DNA of 64,000 nt from Paramecium tetraurelia (taxonomy: Eukaryota): assembly GCA_000165425.1 (NCBI GenBank), contig CT867987.1:186001-250000 (forward strand). Reading direction: 5' to 3'. This document shows positions 1 to 12,175 of this stretch, piece by piece (the first letter of the stretch is position 1; each line of letters opens with the position of its first letter). The position numbers and the translations under genes were made by a program. The notes beneath the pieces were generated by a model. That model did no database searches. It saw only the letters and a program-made list of their open reading frames with translations, and had not been told where the DNA came from.

Positions 1-718
1 AATTGGATGCCAAGACATATTCTATTTTATTAGATTTTATTTCCTATATAATATAAACCTTAGGAATTAAACATTAGCCTAAATTGACATCAAAGTCAAC
101 TGTCACTTAATACATTCCTTATTTATCAATTAAAGAGTTTGCTTTATAAGCACTTTAGGTGGTTAAACCACTTAAAGTGTCAAAGCAAGAGTCGGGTATG
201 CACTAATAGTTTATCATTGAAAAATGATCAATACAGTTTGTACATTCAAAATTTGCATCGCATTCTTTACAATTTAAATGACAATCAGTTGTCAAAGCAA
301 ATTTTTATAATTTAGAATTTGTTCCTAAAATTTTAATATTTATTTTCTATTAATCTAAAACAGTTTTTATAATTATTTAATTATTTGGGTATGACTTCTA
401 CTCTTACTTACTATCATTTATTAAAATCTGAGGTGTTTGAGTACTTAAATTTTAAAAGGTGAAGATAAGGTTGTATGTTGATTACTTTGATATTTTTAAT
501 TTATCTTTTAGACATAACCCTGATTCTGGTATTTCATAACATTCAATCCAATTTTGATCATTATTTTTACAATTTGTTGGCACTATGAGTTGTTCACTTT
601 TACAATCCATCCATATTTACTCTTCCCATTATACTTTTGAAGATCCCAGATTCGGGTAAACTGTAATTGCTTGGGAGATGGTTAGAATAGCAAATATCAA
701 CTGGAGCAAGTAGTTCAT
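1..718 (-). CDS. Secreted or surface Cys-rich protein, runs off the left edge of the window
   Basis: Code-6 ORF from ATG at 718: MNYLLQLIFAILTISQA (signal-peptide-like), later a furin-like Cys cluster CHLNCKECDANFECTNCIDHF..CIPDSC. No TGA before base 1. Confidence 0.7.
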
Positions 719-797
719 TAATTAAATTAATTAGAATATAAATTGACTAATGAAATTTGAAGTTAAATAATACAGATAGAATAACAAATATTCTATT

Positions 798-1300
798 TCA
801 TTAAATGATCTCTTAATAAATTATCTAGTATTTTTAATAAGCAAATCCTATTATACAATCTATAACTTCAAAGGCTTGGTCTGCAATTTTTATCAGTTCC
901 TTCTTCAATATTTTGATAAAATTTGTAATTGAGTAAATACTAAATTAGACTAACCTATTGCTAGAATATAGGATTATCGAAATTACCTATTAGTTATATA
1001 AATGCCATAAGAATGAGACTATCTCTAGAATCTTGATTATATTAGAATCTTAAGGTGCATAGTCTTTCAAAGTAGGATTCTTTATGAGTAGTTGATAATC
1101 TACCTGCTATTTTAATATACTCTCGACATCCATTGATGAGCACCTATAAATATTATAAATAAAGTAATCTACGTTGAAATACAATCATTTGACTCAAATT
1201 GAACACAGTTTTATTTAATCATCCAAAGAGTGTATAGCAAGATTCTAAGCACAATTTAAATTCACTAAATGATGTTGCCAGACACCCTCTGACCTGCCAT
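798..1300 (-). CDS. Hypothetical protein, two small introns, start uncertain
   Basis: Frame is continuous in code 6 after removing GTGAATTTAAATTGTGCTTAG and GTAGATTACTTTATTTATAATATTTATAG. TGA at 798-800. No recognisable motif. Confidence 0.35.
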
Positions 1301-1421
1301 TTAAAAGAGATAGTCGAAATCTTTGTAAGAGTGCTAAGCATGTTCTTGAATAAATATAATAATCAATAATATTTGGTTTCTCCAAAATAAATATAATTTG
1401 TTCCCATTATTTTTAAAGAAG

Positions 1422-3170
1422 ATGGGATGTAGTAAATCTGTTTCGATTGTTAAACCTCTTGATTTCTAAGAAATAAGGGAAATCACCCAGAAAATGATTG
1501 AGGGTGAAAATGAGATTATCACCATACTTTTTCCTGTAACTGAGAGATCTTAAAAGCGAAAAAGCACTATCACAGTATTTTTATCTCCTCGAAAGTCTCA
1601 AAGTCGTCAAGATTTGTATTAGTCACCCGTTCGAATTTCTGCCAGATCGAATTCAAGAATTTTCAAAGAAGAGAAGATCACAGAAAACATCTTAACTTTC
1701 ACTGAAAGATCCACTTAAATCCAGTCCATTAGTCTTGCTTCTGAGTCTCCAACAAGAAGAGATAGAGACGGAGGTAGTAGTGTCCATAAGGCTGCATCCT
1801 CCTTTCATTCTAATGTTGAAGGCCAGAAAATAGACAAAGAACCTGATCTTCATCCGATCGTACAATAGCAGATACAAAAGCTAGGATCATTCAAATTTTT
1901 GTAAGATTAAAATTACTCGGATTGTATTAAGTTGCAGCCCCATAGATTTTCTAATGGGGATGTCTATTCAGGTTGTTGGAAAAATAACCTTAAGCATGGT
2001 AGAGGTAAATTATTCCTGGCTTCGGGTTCCTATTTTGAAGGATACTTTAAGGAAGGACAAATGATGGTAGGTAAATATTTTTTTAAGAATGGTAATATAT
2101 ATGAAGGGGAATTTTTTGAGGGAAAATTTAATGGTAAAGGTTTTTATCTTTGGACTGATGGCGAATATTATAATGGATAATGGAAATTGGATTAAAGAGA
2201 TGGCTAAGGGGCATTTCAATGTGCAGACGGCAGAAGATATGTTGGAGAATGGAAGAATGACAAAAAGAATGGACAAGGCGAATATATTAGTCCAGACGGA
2301 AATAAATATGAAGGTCAATGGAAAGATAATAGAAGGAATGGGTTTGGCACTGCCTATTTACCAGATGGGTCTTCATTTAAAGGCTAATGGTTGAATGATA
2401 AAAAATCTGGAAAAGGAGAATATCGCTATGCAAATGGTGATGTTTACTATGGAGATTGGTATGATAATTTAAAGCATGGCAAAGGCAAACTTACTTAAAA
2501 GGATGGCTGTTCTTATGATGGCTAATTTTTTAATGGTTAAATGGAAGGAGAAGGTACATATATTTGGAGCGATGGCAAAAAGTATGTTGGATCTTGGAGT
2601 CGTAACACAAGAAAAGGGTTTGGTATTATGACACTACAGGATGGAAAATATTATAAAGGAGAATGGGAAAATGATGAGAGGTATGGACAAGGAGAATTTC
2701 ATTGGGGACCAGACTAATATTACATTGGTTAATGGGTTGAAAATGTAAGGGAAGGTTCAGGATAATATGTTGAAGATGGTACCAAGTACATAGGCAATTG
2801 GGTAAGTGATAAAAAACATGGATAAGGAAAATAAGTATATTCACTTTACACTTATGAGGGTTCTTGGATCGCTAATTAGAGAGAGGGATAAGGAACTGCT
2901 ATCTTCAATAATGGATTGAAATATACAGGATAATGGATGAATGACTGTATCCATGGACAAGGAATAGTTGAATACAAGGATTATAAGTTTAATGGAGATT
3001 GGTCTAGAAACAGAATGGATGGCAATGGTGTTTTTACTTATAATTTCTGTATATATACTGGATAATACAGGAGTGGAGTAAGAGTAGGAGTTGGAACATT
3101 TAAAGATGGAGCTGGCAATGTTATTAAATAGGAATTTAGAAATGGAAATTTAGTTGATTTTTCCGAATGA
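1422..3170 (+). CDS. MORN-repeat protein with N-terminal MGC acylation motif (582 aa, intronless)
   Basis: ATG 1422 (MGCSKS), in frame with track ORF 1932. Many tandem Y-x-G-x-W/F-x-x-D/N-x-x-H/N-G-x-G repeats from about 1950 to 3140, read through TAA/TAG. TGA 3168-3170. Confidence 0.92.
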
Positions 3171-3240
3171 CTTCTATTATTATTATTTAAATATACATGT
3201 CTATATAGTAAGTGTCTTAACTATCAAAAATAGTATCTTC

Positions 3241-4005
3241 TCAATCAATTTGATCAATAATATTAACTTTGTATTATGTTTACTAATAATCTTGTAACAC
3301 TCATTTAAATCTAAAGTTGTAAAAACTTGAATTTAATATTGATAGAAAATCCTGACAATAAGATTGAATTACTTATCTAATCAATCTATCATCCTATATT
3401 GGTTATATTTCTGATTCAAAATGAACTTTCATATTCTTTTCAAAAGCTAATCGTAGTTTTTAACCTTATTATTTTTTTTTATATGTTTTATTGATTTGAA
3501 TTTGATTTAATGTTAATTCCTGATGAATATAATACAATATATATTATACTCAAAATCATATCAATGAGTTAATAAACCTTTGAAAATCATTTGAATGTTC
3601 CAAAGATTAAAGACAGTTTAAAAATTATGAGTGTCTAAATTAAAGGATTATCCAAAGTAGATTCTTTCTTTTGGCAAATTCAATCATTTTGATAAAAATC
3701 TAAAAAAACATTGAGTTTATTGCTTAAAAGTTTTAGATTAGAGTAGGAGTGGCAATCTCCTCTAAAAATCGTGATTTGGCTAAACTTATTATGTAATTTT
3801 CATCATCCTCAATTTATTTTTCGAGGTTCTTAAGTTCATATTGAATTTTTTATTAATATTCTGAACTAGAATTTTAGTTCAAAATATGTTGATCATTTAA
3901 ATTAATACCGTAATTATAATACTTTTTCCTTGCATCTTTTAATTGATCTTCAATTTTAGATTTTCTTATCTGTTGCTGGAAGTTGAATCTCATCTATTGT
4001 AACAT
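3241..4005 (-). CDS. Hypothetical helical protein with an IBB-like basic N-terminus; 3' end uncertain
   Basis: ATG 4005 gives MLQQMRFNFQQQIRKSKIEDQLKDARKKYY. Frame is open for about 150 codons; downstream exon structure not resolved. Confidence 0.4.
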
Positions 4006-4439
4006 TGGAATTATAAGTAATACACACTTTATGATTTAAATTAAATTAAATAATATTCACTTAATTTCACTTTAAAATAAATTTATTATTAATTCCATTT
4101 AAATTAATAACCAAAATATTTCATATCAGTCATCCCAAATCATAAGTAGTCAACAGATTATCTCTTATAAATTATTATAACATAAGTACTTCTCAAATTC
4201 ATTTAATTTAATTTATACTTAAATATTAAATCCAATAATTAAGAGATAAAGATATCAGCAAGATATCTTTCATTCCTTTATTGAACTTTAACCTATAATA
4301 TTTTCTAAAAAATTCTTAATTAATATAATACCAATATCGAAATTAAAAATTCAATTTTTCTATTCGATTTATTTTATCTTTTCATTACAAAAATATTAAA
4401 TATTAAATCAGATACATGTAGTGCTTATAAAATATATTA

Positions 4440-5198
4440 TCAATTTAGTTTAGGCTTCTTTGCAAATTGTATGGATTAATTGTATAACTCATAGATTTCT
4501 CTAACAGAGAGCATTAAATCATTTGATTTAATGATTGTTCCCAATTCCTAAAATATATCATAAAATTACTTCTTCTATATTGTCTAATTAAACCTTATAA
4601 TCAAGCTAATTAACATGCTCAATAAATTTCTAGAATTCTGGAATTTCTTTTACAGTTTTCATAGTTTCCTCCGTTTATTTTAATTCTTAAATCATCTCTT
4701 CTTTGATAATATTTAGATCATTGAAGCAATTATAAAAATTTTAAAAACACAACTCCAGGCCTGGATTTGATTTATTTGATTTTAAATGTAAGGCTATTTT
4801 AGGGATTGCTTGCTCAATAATTTCATTGAAGTAATGATTCAATTAATTTTAAGAGCTTTGTGGTTTTCCAAACAATAATTAAATTTAAGTGCTTCGTAAT
4901 ACTTCTTAACTTGACTCTTATAGTTATTTATATTATTCTAACTATTAATTTAGACCAGCTACCTTAATGATTTATGATAAAACTACTTTATTTTCTAGAA
5001 TATCCACATACATTTTTTTTCTTTTTCGACTATTTTTTGCTGATTCTCTATTTTTAACAAGTTTCATTCTTTCTCTCAATATGATTTCTTAATCAGTCAA
5101 AGCTAAAATTTATGATTTGAGATGCTACCTCTCTATCCTCTCTTTTTTGGCTTATAATCTATTGAATGATCAAGAAAGTCATAATAGTCATTATCCAT
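4440..5198 (-). CDS. bZIP transcription factor
   Basis: After a 26-nt intron (GTAGCATC..TTTTAG) the frame reads LRERMKLVKNRESAKNSRKRKKMYVDILENKV, the canonical bZIP basic region N-x7-R plus zipper start. Ends QFAKKPKLN-TGA at 4440. Confidence 0.88.
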
Positions 5199-5402
5199 GT
5201 TTTAATTTTATTTTTCTTTCAAAAATAGTGTTCTAATTGACGAATATATATTTGATGATGTTGCGTATTATTTTCACATTAAATTTTTATTTCATAATGA
5301 TAATTTGGCAATCTTGCTTTGTGCATTTATTATAATTATGAATTAATCAAGTATCATATTAATTTAAACTTTATGAGTTAATAACAGAATACAAAATATA
5401 AA

Positions 5403-8400
5403 TCATATTATAGGTTACTTTTCACCAGCAGCTGAAAAGATCATTTTTATATCTTCTCCTTGAATAGAGAAGGGCGAGGCACTTTTGAAGATTGGCAATT
5501 CTATATGCGATAAGTTTTAACTTTCGTTAGTATGATGATGCTTTTTGTTTTCGAAATTACAGTTGATGGTAGCTTCTTCACATGAGGCTTCAAACATATC
5601 TGGTTCCATAATATGATTTACATTATTGTTGTTGCTAATTAAAGAATAATGAGGAACACTTACTTCTGTTACAGTTCACTATCGATGGATATAGCATCAT
5701 CAGAGAATTGGTTTTGTTTGATAGCTAGCTTTCTAATAAGGATCTTACTGTAGGATTCCCAAGTTTTGAAGAGAATCAAGACAGTAAGATAATCGTGGAG
5801 AATATTAAAATTAGCCTTTAATTGAAGGGCTGAGCTTATGTTCGATCTTTCGATGTGCCTATTTTTCCTGTAGTACATCAAGCGCAGTTGCATTTCTTTG
5901 TTGAATTATTTAATTTATTTGATGGAATCAGGAGTACCCTCCTTAAAAACATCTGCATGGAATTTCACTCTGAACAACTCATAAATCAATTGGTTGTACT
6001 GAATGTAACCGTAGTGATCACTATCAATAATATTAAATGAATTACCATTTCAATTTAAATGAGGAGGCTATTTTAGCAACATCCCAAAGATTCTCCTCTT
6101 CCCCTCCTCCAAAAGGTTTACCAATGTCTAAGAGAAACTTGCATAAGAATTTATAATGCATCGTTTATCCTTAAGTATCCGAGGAGTATTTGCACCAAAT
6201 CGTTTTAATTTTATCGATATTTTCAACATATGATTAAATTGGTGAGGCTTATAATTAGAAAAAAGATTCAAATTATTCTACCAAACTTAATAAAAATAGT
6301 GTTAGAAGAACGTAAGTGGAAAAGAACATGAATAAGAAAAAGTATATTTAACTTGCAAATGATCCACAATATTTAGGATCTTCCCAACATAAAGGATTGT
6401 AATGCATAGTATCTGTCATGATAGTTCTCCAATCATCCCCTGATGCACATTTGAATAAAGTCATCATGGCACTGCCTGCTGTCATGAAATTAAGTTAGTC
6501 ATCCAACACTTATCCCTTATCTATTGTGCCAAATAATTGACACCCAAATAAAGCAAATACTAGCATGGTGATTATCAAAATAGAAAAGATCTTGCCTAAA
6601 TATGGCAAAGCAAATAGAATCACATTGATCAATCTTTGTAAATTGATGAATCCTTAGAATATTAATATTATTCTTAGACTTCTTAAAGAGAAGAATAAGC
6701 GAAGTAATTAAAATCCCTCATCATTAGGAGTGGATTTATAATATATCATAATCCAATCTACTGAATAATCTGCAACGAAATCTATGACTGCAATCACTAT
6801 CAAAAAGAAATAAAATCTTCTCCAAGAATTATCAAAAAATCTATTCACACCCAATGCCAAAAACAATAAGATAACCCAAATTAGATAAATTCCAGTTAAT
6901 GCATTATGAACATCATTTATCCTTCTAAAGTACTCATCACTCATATCTGATGTGAACATCAACAATATTATGAAATCCACCCATAAAAGTAAAAATAAAC
7001 ATTTTTAAGACGTTAGACTGCTTGTAATGTCAGAAGCCATCTTTCTTATTCCATTAGTGGGTGGAGTAGAAAATTATGGGAAGTCATTTATCAACATTTA
7101 TGATATTTCTTTAAATTCTTTTTATGATTAAGTGACTTCAGTATTTTCAATTTCCCTCTGATTTTTCTTTAGATTGGTATACAGTACTCCTGTGAAAAGA
7201 CTTAAGAAAAACATGGATCCTATGAAAACAAAAAGTAAGAAGAAGATGTAAGTGACTATATAAGAATTGAATCCTTGTGGACCTATAGAAGCCACTTAAC
7301 TATTCTCAGCAATTTAATAAATCTCACCCCAACCATCCAATGTGGCTGTCACAAACAAAGTAGGAATTGCTATTGTAATGTTATCAAAGTTATGCTTGTA
7401 ATTCACCCATATTTTCCCTTCCTCCTGACATGTCTGTTTATTAACTTCAAATGCCATCTTATCTTCACAATATCCAAATTATTACTCATAAAGTATAATG
7501 CCATACACTCCAAACATTATCCAAACTGATAATAAAGTAATTATAACGTTTAATATATCAAATAAGGATCTTCCGATGGCTTCTCTTAAATTTGTAAGCC
7601 AACTCAATCTATACATCAATTTCATTGGCCTAAAGTAACCTAAATAAAGGAGAATTTTTAAAATAGGCTTAAAATCCTCTGGATCCTTACCAAACGCTAT
7701 GATGTTTGATACTTGATAGATAAAATCAAACACTTAGAATGTTGAGACCAAGTAGGAGCCTTGATCCATATACAAACCTTTAGCAATAACATTAAATATC
7801 GTATCAGCCAATTGAATGATATTACATGAGAATTGAAGAGTGTCTGGATACGACTCACTATCTGTTTCATAATCGTTATAGGTTTTAAGGATGAAAGCTA
7901 TGATAGATAGATAAGTGACTATATCCATGATGTAGACATATATCATTGATGTTGTCAGATGAGTCAAGACTATGCGAAATAGATTGTCCTTCTCAAACAA
8001 AAACAAAGAGGATTCGCACTCTATACCTTCATATAATTTTGGTGTTTTTGATAGCAATTTCTTATTAATTTATTCTATAATTGTATATTAATTGTATATT
8101 TACTTATTGACTTAATTAGATTGTAGATTAAATTGGGTTTACTTTTATTGATCTCATCATTTGACAAATTCTTATTGGGCATTTGTTGATCTTAGTTTGT
8201 TTCAACTAACTGCATTTGTATTTCGTCTGAATTCTATGTAATATGCTATAATTATTCATTAATATTTTTCTGGATTTCATTTTGAATTTCTTCAACTGGT
8301 TAATCTAGATACTTCCCAAAACCATCCAATAGGACCGCCATAACTAAACCATAAGTTAGATAATTTAAGATAAGCACCAGAGAAAAGGAATAGATGATTG

Positions 8401-11400
8401 AAAAGGTAAAATCAATATCACTTCCAATCACATAAACACCATACCAATCATCGTTTGTCATAATGTTGAAGATTGTCATAAATGATTTAAAGATATTTTC
8501 ATAGGAATGTAATTATCCAAGGGAATCATTTTGATCAAATTTTCCTACAAACATTTCCATTCCTGTTAGAGCATACATAAATATCACTAAAAACATAAGG
8601 AATGTCAAATAAATGTATTAATCAAAAGTCATAGAAGCAATATGACCAATTGTAATAGCCATCTTATTGTATTTAAGACATCTATAGAATAACAAACATT
8701 TGGTTCCTCTTATTAATCGTAAATTTTACTCACTCAAATAATTTGTCATGTAATCACTTATGGTTAATTCGAAAAAGTTTATTATCACAATAACGGATTA
8801 TAAAATTAAATCAGGAGATCTCAGAAGATCTTTAAATCTAAAACCCAAAAACCTCATCATCAATTCAAAGCATAAAAATATTGTAGAGATATCTTCAACT
8901 GTGGATATGATATTGATATCTACAATTCCTTAGAGCGATAAAAATGTAAAATTGTTAAGTATTACTAAATCAAAGAAGAATTGACTAAATCTGCTAGTTA
9001 CAATTATAAATGCGTATTTTTATGACATTATGTAAATTCCTCTTATTCCATTGATCCAAATAATGATATCAACTTTATTAAGCATAGATAAAACTACATG
9101 AAAATACTACATTCTGAATTTAGTGACTTCAAGTACATCTTTGCCTGACCAATTATGTTTGGTAATTCTTCTGTGATTTTAATATTCTTTCATTCTCATA
9201 CTCTAATATTTGAATTTATTGGAGACTTAATCATGAACTATCATTGGGATTTTTTGATTAATTTTTAATTTGACTCCATCAAAATTTGTATAGTATCCCT
9301 AAATATGTATATAAGGTTTTCCGTTTCTAACAACGTAGAAGGTTTTGTATTTGGTTTCTAAAATTTAGGTAGCTTTCATCTTATTTAATGATTTTAGATT
9401 AATTTGGTCAAAATTAACAATTGAATCTGTGCTCTATTCAACTTTCTTTTAGTAAATACTCATAAAGGGAGACACCGATTTACTTTTAGTTGGGAAGGCT
9501 GACTTTCCAAATTGAGTTTTGCCATACAATTTATCCTTTTCAATCTTTATTTAATGATAGATCATTTAGAATTTGGTTGATCTAATCTTTTCAAGATTGA
9601 AGTTCTTCTCTTTTTGAATCTAATCTTATATATCTCTAAATATTAATAGAATTATAATTACATCAACTTAAGTAGAACATCATTTGATGAAGTAAAATTT
9701 TGCTTGACGTTCATATTCACTTATGGTTGTAATCTTGAAAATTTAATCGTTTTTAGTTTTTCAATAACCTTCATATCGAATTCAACCTCAGTATAATTTT
9801 TTACCTTGATTTTCTTAATTAAAGCATCTAGAATATCAAATTTTGGTAAAAGGAACCTTTTCCAAGTGAAACTGGTAATATATTCAATAAATGGTAGTTT
9901 AATGATTCCACTTTCCAATTATTTTTGTTTAGCTGACAATGTTCTTTCGGTTTGATATTATTTCATCTTAAAGCTGTTAGGATCTTCAATAGAATATTGT
10001 TTCAACGATTCTTCATTTAAATTAGTTCTGTATTTTTTGATTACTTTATAGATTTTAATTTCTCTCAAATGAGCAACATCTAGGATTTCTAACAGATTTC
10101 TTTCTGGATATTCTTCCTCTTCTTTCAATCTTTTCTAAATTTCATTCTCCTCTTCCCTTTTCTTGTTTTCTTCGGTTGCCTCGGAATAATGAACCTTCAA
10201 CACTGCAATAACTATGTTAAATCCAAAAAAACCTCCAATAAAAATAATTAATAAGTAATATAACCAAACCCAGGGATGAAATATTCTCATAGTAAAGAAC
10301 ATAACCCAACTCCAATCATCCATTGTAATTGTTCTTAGAATTTATCCTAAAGAACCTATCAAATTATTGAAAGAAGTTGGCATTTTGGGTGTGTAATCAC
10401 TATACATACAATGCATTCCAGAGGGACATTGAGCTTAATTGCATTGTATCCACCCTTCAGTTTCATCGCCATTTTCATATTGACATCTGTAATTGAATAA
10501 TCCTTGGAATAGAAAGATACCCATTGATGCAAAGATCAATGAAAACAGTATCACTATCATTAGTGCTTCTACCAAGAACTTAAATGATTATCTGAGTGCA
10601 GTCATCATCACATTTAATCCCTGGAAGATATTGGTCAAATACATTAATAATGTAACTAATCTCAGAGGAGATATGTCAATGATAATGATTTCGGGATAAT
10701 AGAGATTCATAGCAGTGAAAAATATCAGCACAAAATCATAAATGTTTTCCATATTTCTAAAAAAGGCATAATCATTAAAAAAGATTCCACTCGCTATAAT
10801 TCTTAATCCGATTTCAGAAATAAATAGTATCATAACTACTTCTTCTATATTATCAGTATCTGTTCTTCCGTTGGTTTTAACTACAATATACAATACCACA
10901 TTAAATAAGATAAGGAATGTCATCAGGATTTTAAATAAAAAATTGTTTACTATTTTTCTTGCCATTATCGGAATACTATATATTACATAAATAAAAGCCT
11001 TTCTCAAGTTTAACAGAGCCAAATTATCATTATATTTCTAAATAAACTGAATGTTTTACCTATAATTCATAATTTAATCTTTAAAATTCTGACAACTTGA
11101 CTAATCTAACGTAATAAGGATCTTTCATTGTGTTTCTTTCTATTAACTTTAAATGTCGACGAGTGATTTTATCATATTCAATATCATTAAAATATTCAGA
11201 TTACACTTCCTGTTGCTGATTGAATGCATTCAAAAGATTCAAAGCGATTCCTGGTTTTTCTGGGTCTGGCTCCGATCTTTGTTGCATATTCAGTTAATGA
11301 GAGGCTGAGGAGACAAATTTGGAATAGACATGAATAGACTTATGAAGTGTATGTCTTTGAATTCTATCCTCAATCATGTCCTCTCTTTCAATGCTTTATA

Positions 11401-11723
11401 GCGAATATTCGGACATTTTTGAATTATCCTAATTTATTTCATGGTTGCAGTCTTAAGGGATCGTCTCTCTATGAATTTGATCAACTATTATACTCATGAA
11501 ACTGGATTCGATTTAACTGATCAACAGAACTTTGACCCTATTTCTACATTCTGTCAACGCTCAAGCTTTTTGCTCTTTCAGGAGTTTCAGGACCTTTCTG
11601 ATGTTTTCTAACATACTACAAATAAAAAAACTTATCATTTAAGCCGTGACTACCAGAATTCTAAGTCACTTCCTTATTGATAATGCTCCTTTCAGTATAT
11701 TTGATTGACTCTACTTTTTTCAT
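5403..11723 (-). CDS. Four-domain (24-TM) voltage-gated-type cation channel alpha subunit, Cav/Nav/NALCN superfamily, about 2050 aa
   Basis: Four S1-S6 repeats with P-loops ITMDDW, MTNDDW, ATLDGW, ASGDDW, and S6 segments such as FIGGFFGFNIVIAVLK. Introns seen at 11469-11493, about 11038-11059, 8075-8103, 6021-6045 and about 5635-5663; frame arithmetic implies one more. TGA at 5403. Confidence 0.93.
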
Positions 11724-12175
11724 ACCAAAAAATATAAATAATGTGATTATAATATATCGGCTTATCATTTCCAAGAACATAAATTAAATCAGATCATATG
11801 TAATTATTTAACTTCAACCTCAACTTCATTGGTTTCAATGCATTTAACCTTCAGCATCTCGTATTTCTTTCCAATCCTCTTCTTATCTATGAAATTGAAT
11901 ACTTATTTAAAAAATCATTTGCAATAGAATTTCCAACACTCAGAATTAGGGGGCGATGTACTGCATCTATCTGTCAATTCATTTCTTATCCAATCTTCAT
12001 TTTTGATGAGTTTTACTTCCATATACTCAAAATCTCATTTTTTGCTTAAGGGATGGAGAGTGAAATGTCTTTTATTCTTAATCCCTGCAGCCAATCGAAA
12101 TTATCATTTCCAATTGATTAATGTTCTATAATCCTTTACACCTATATATTTCGATTCGTAAAAACATTAATTATA

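Noticed and set aside
1692..2844. Track ORFs 1692..1877(-), 2010..2318(-), 2089..2394(+), 2626..2844(-)
   Set aside because: Antisense or off-frame shadows of the MORN gene at 1422-3170.
1930..3140. 69-nt periodicity resembling a repeat array or CRISPR
   Set aside because: It is the 23-aa MORN protein repeat; there are no identical DNA repeats with unique spacers.
5855..10699. Plus-strand track ORFs 5855, 7275 and 10493
   Set aside because: Antisense to the four-domain channel CDS, with no motifs.
5403..11723. Reading the many in-frame TAA/TAG codons as pseudogene lesions
   Set aside because: They occur in all genes, including highly conserved ones, and fall at Gln-compatible positions.
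11780..12130. Possible small minus-strand gene between the channel and the kinase
   Set aside because: Coding-like fragments exist but I could not build a consistent ATG-to-TGA model with tiny introns.
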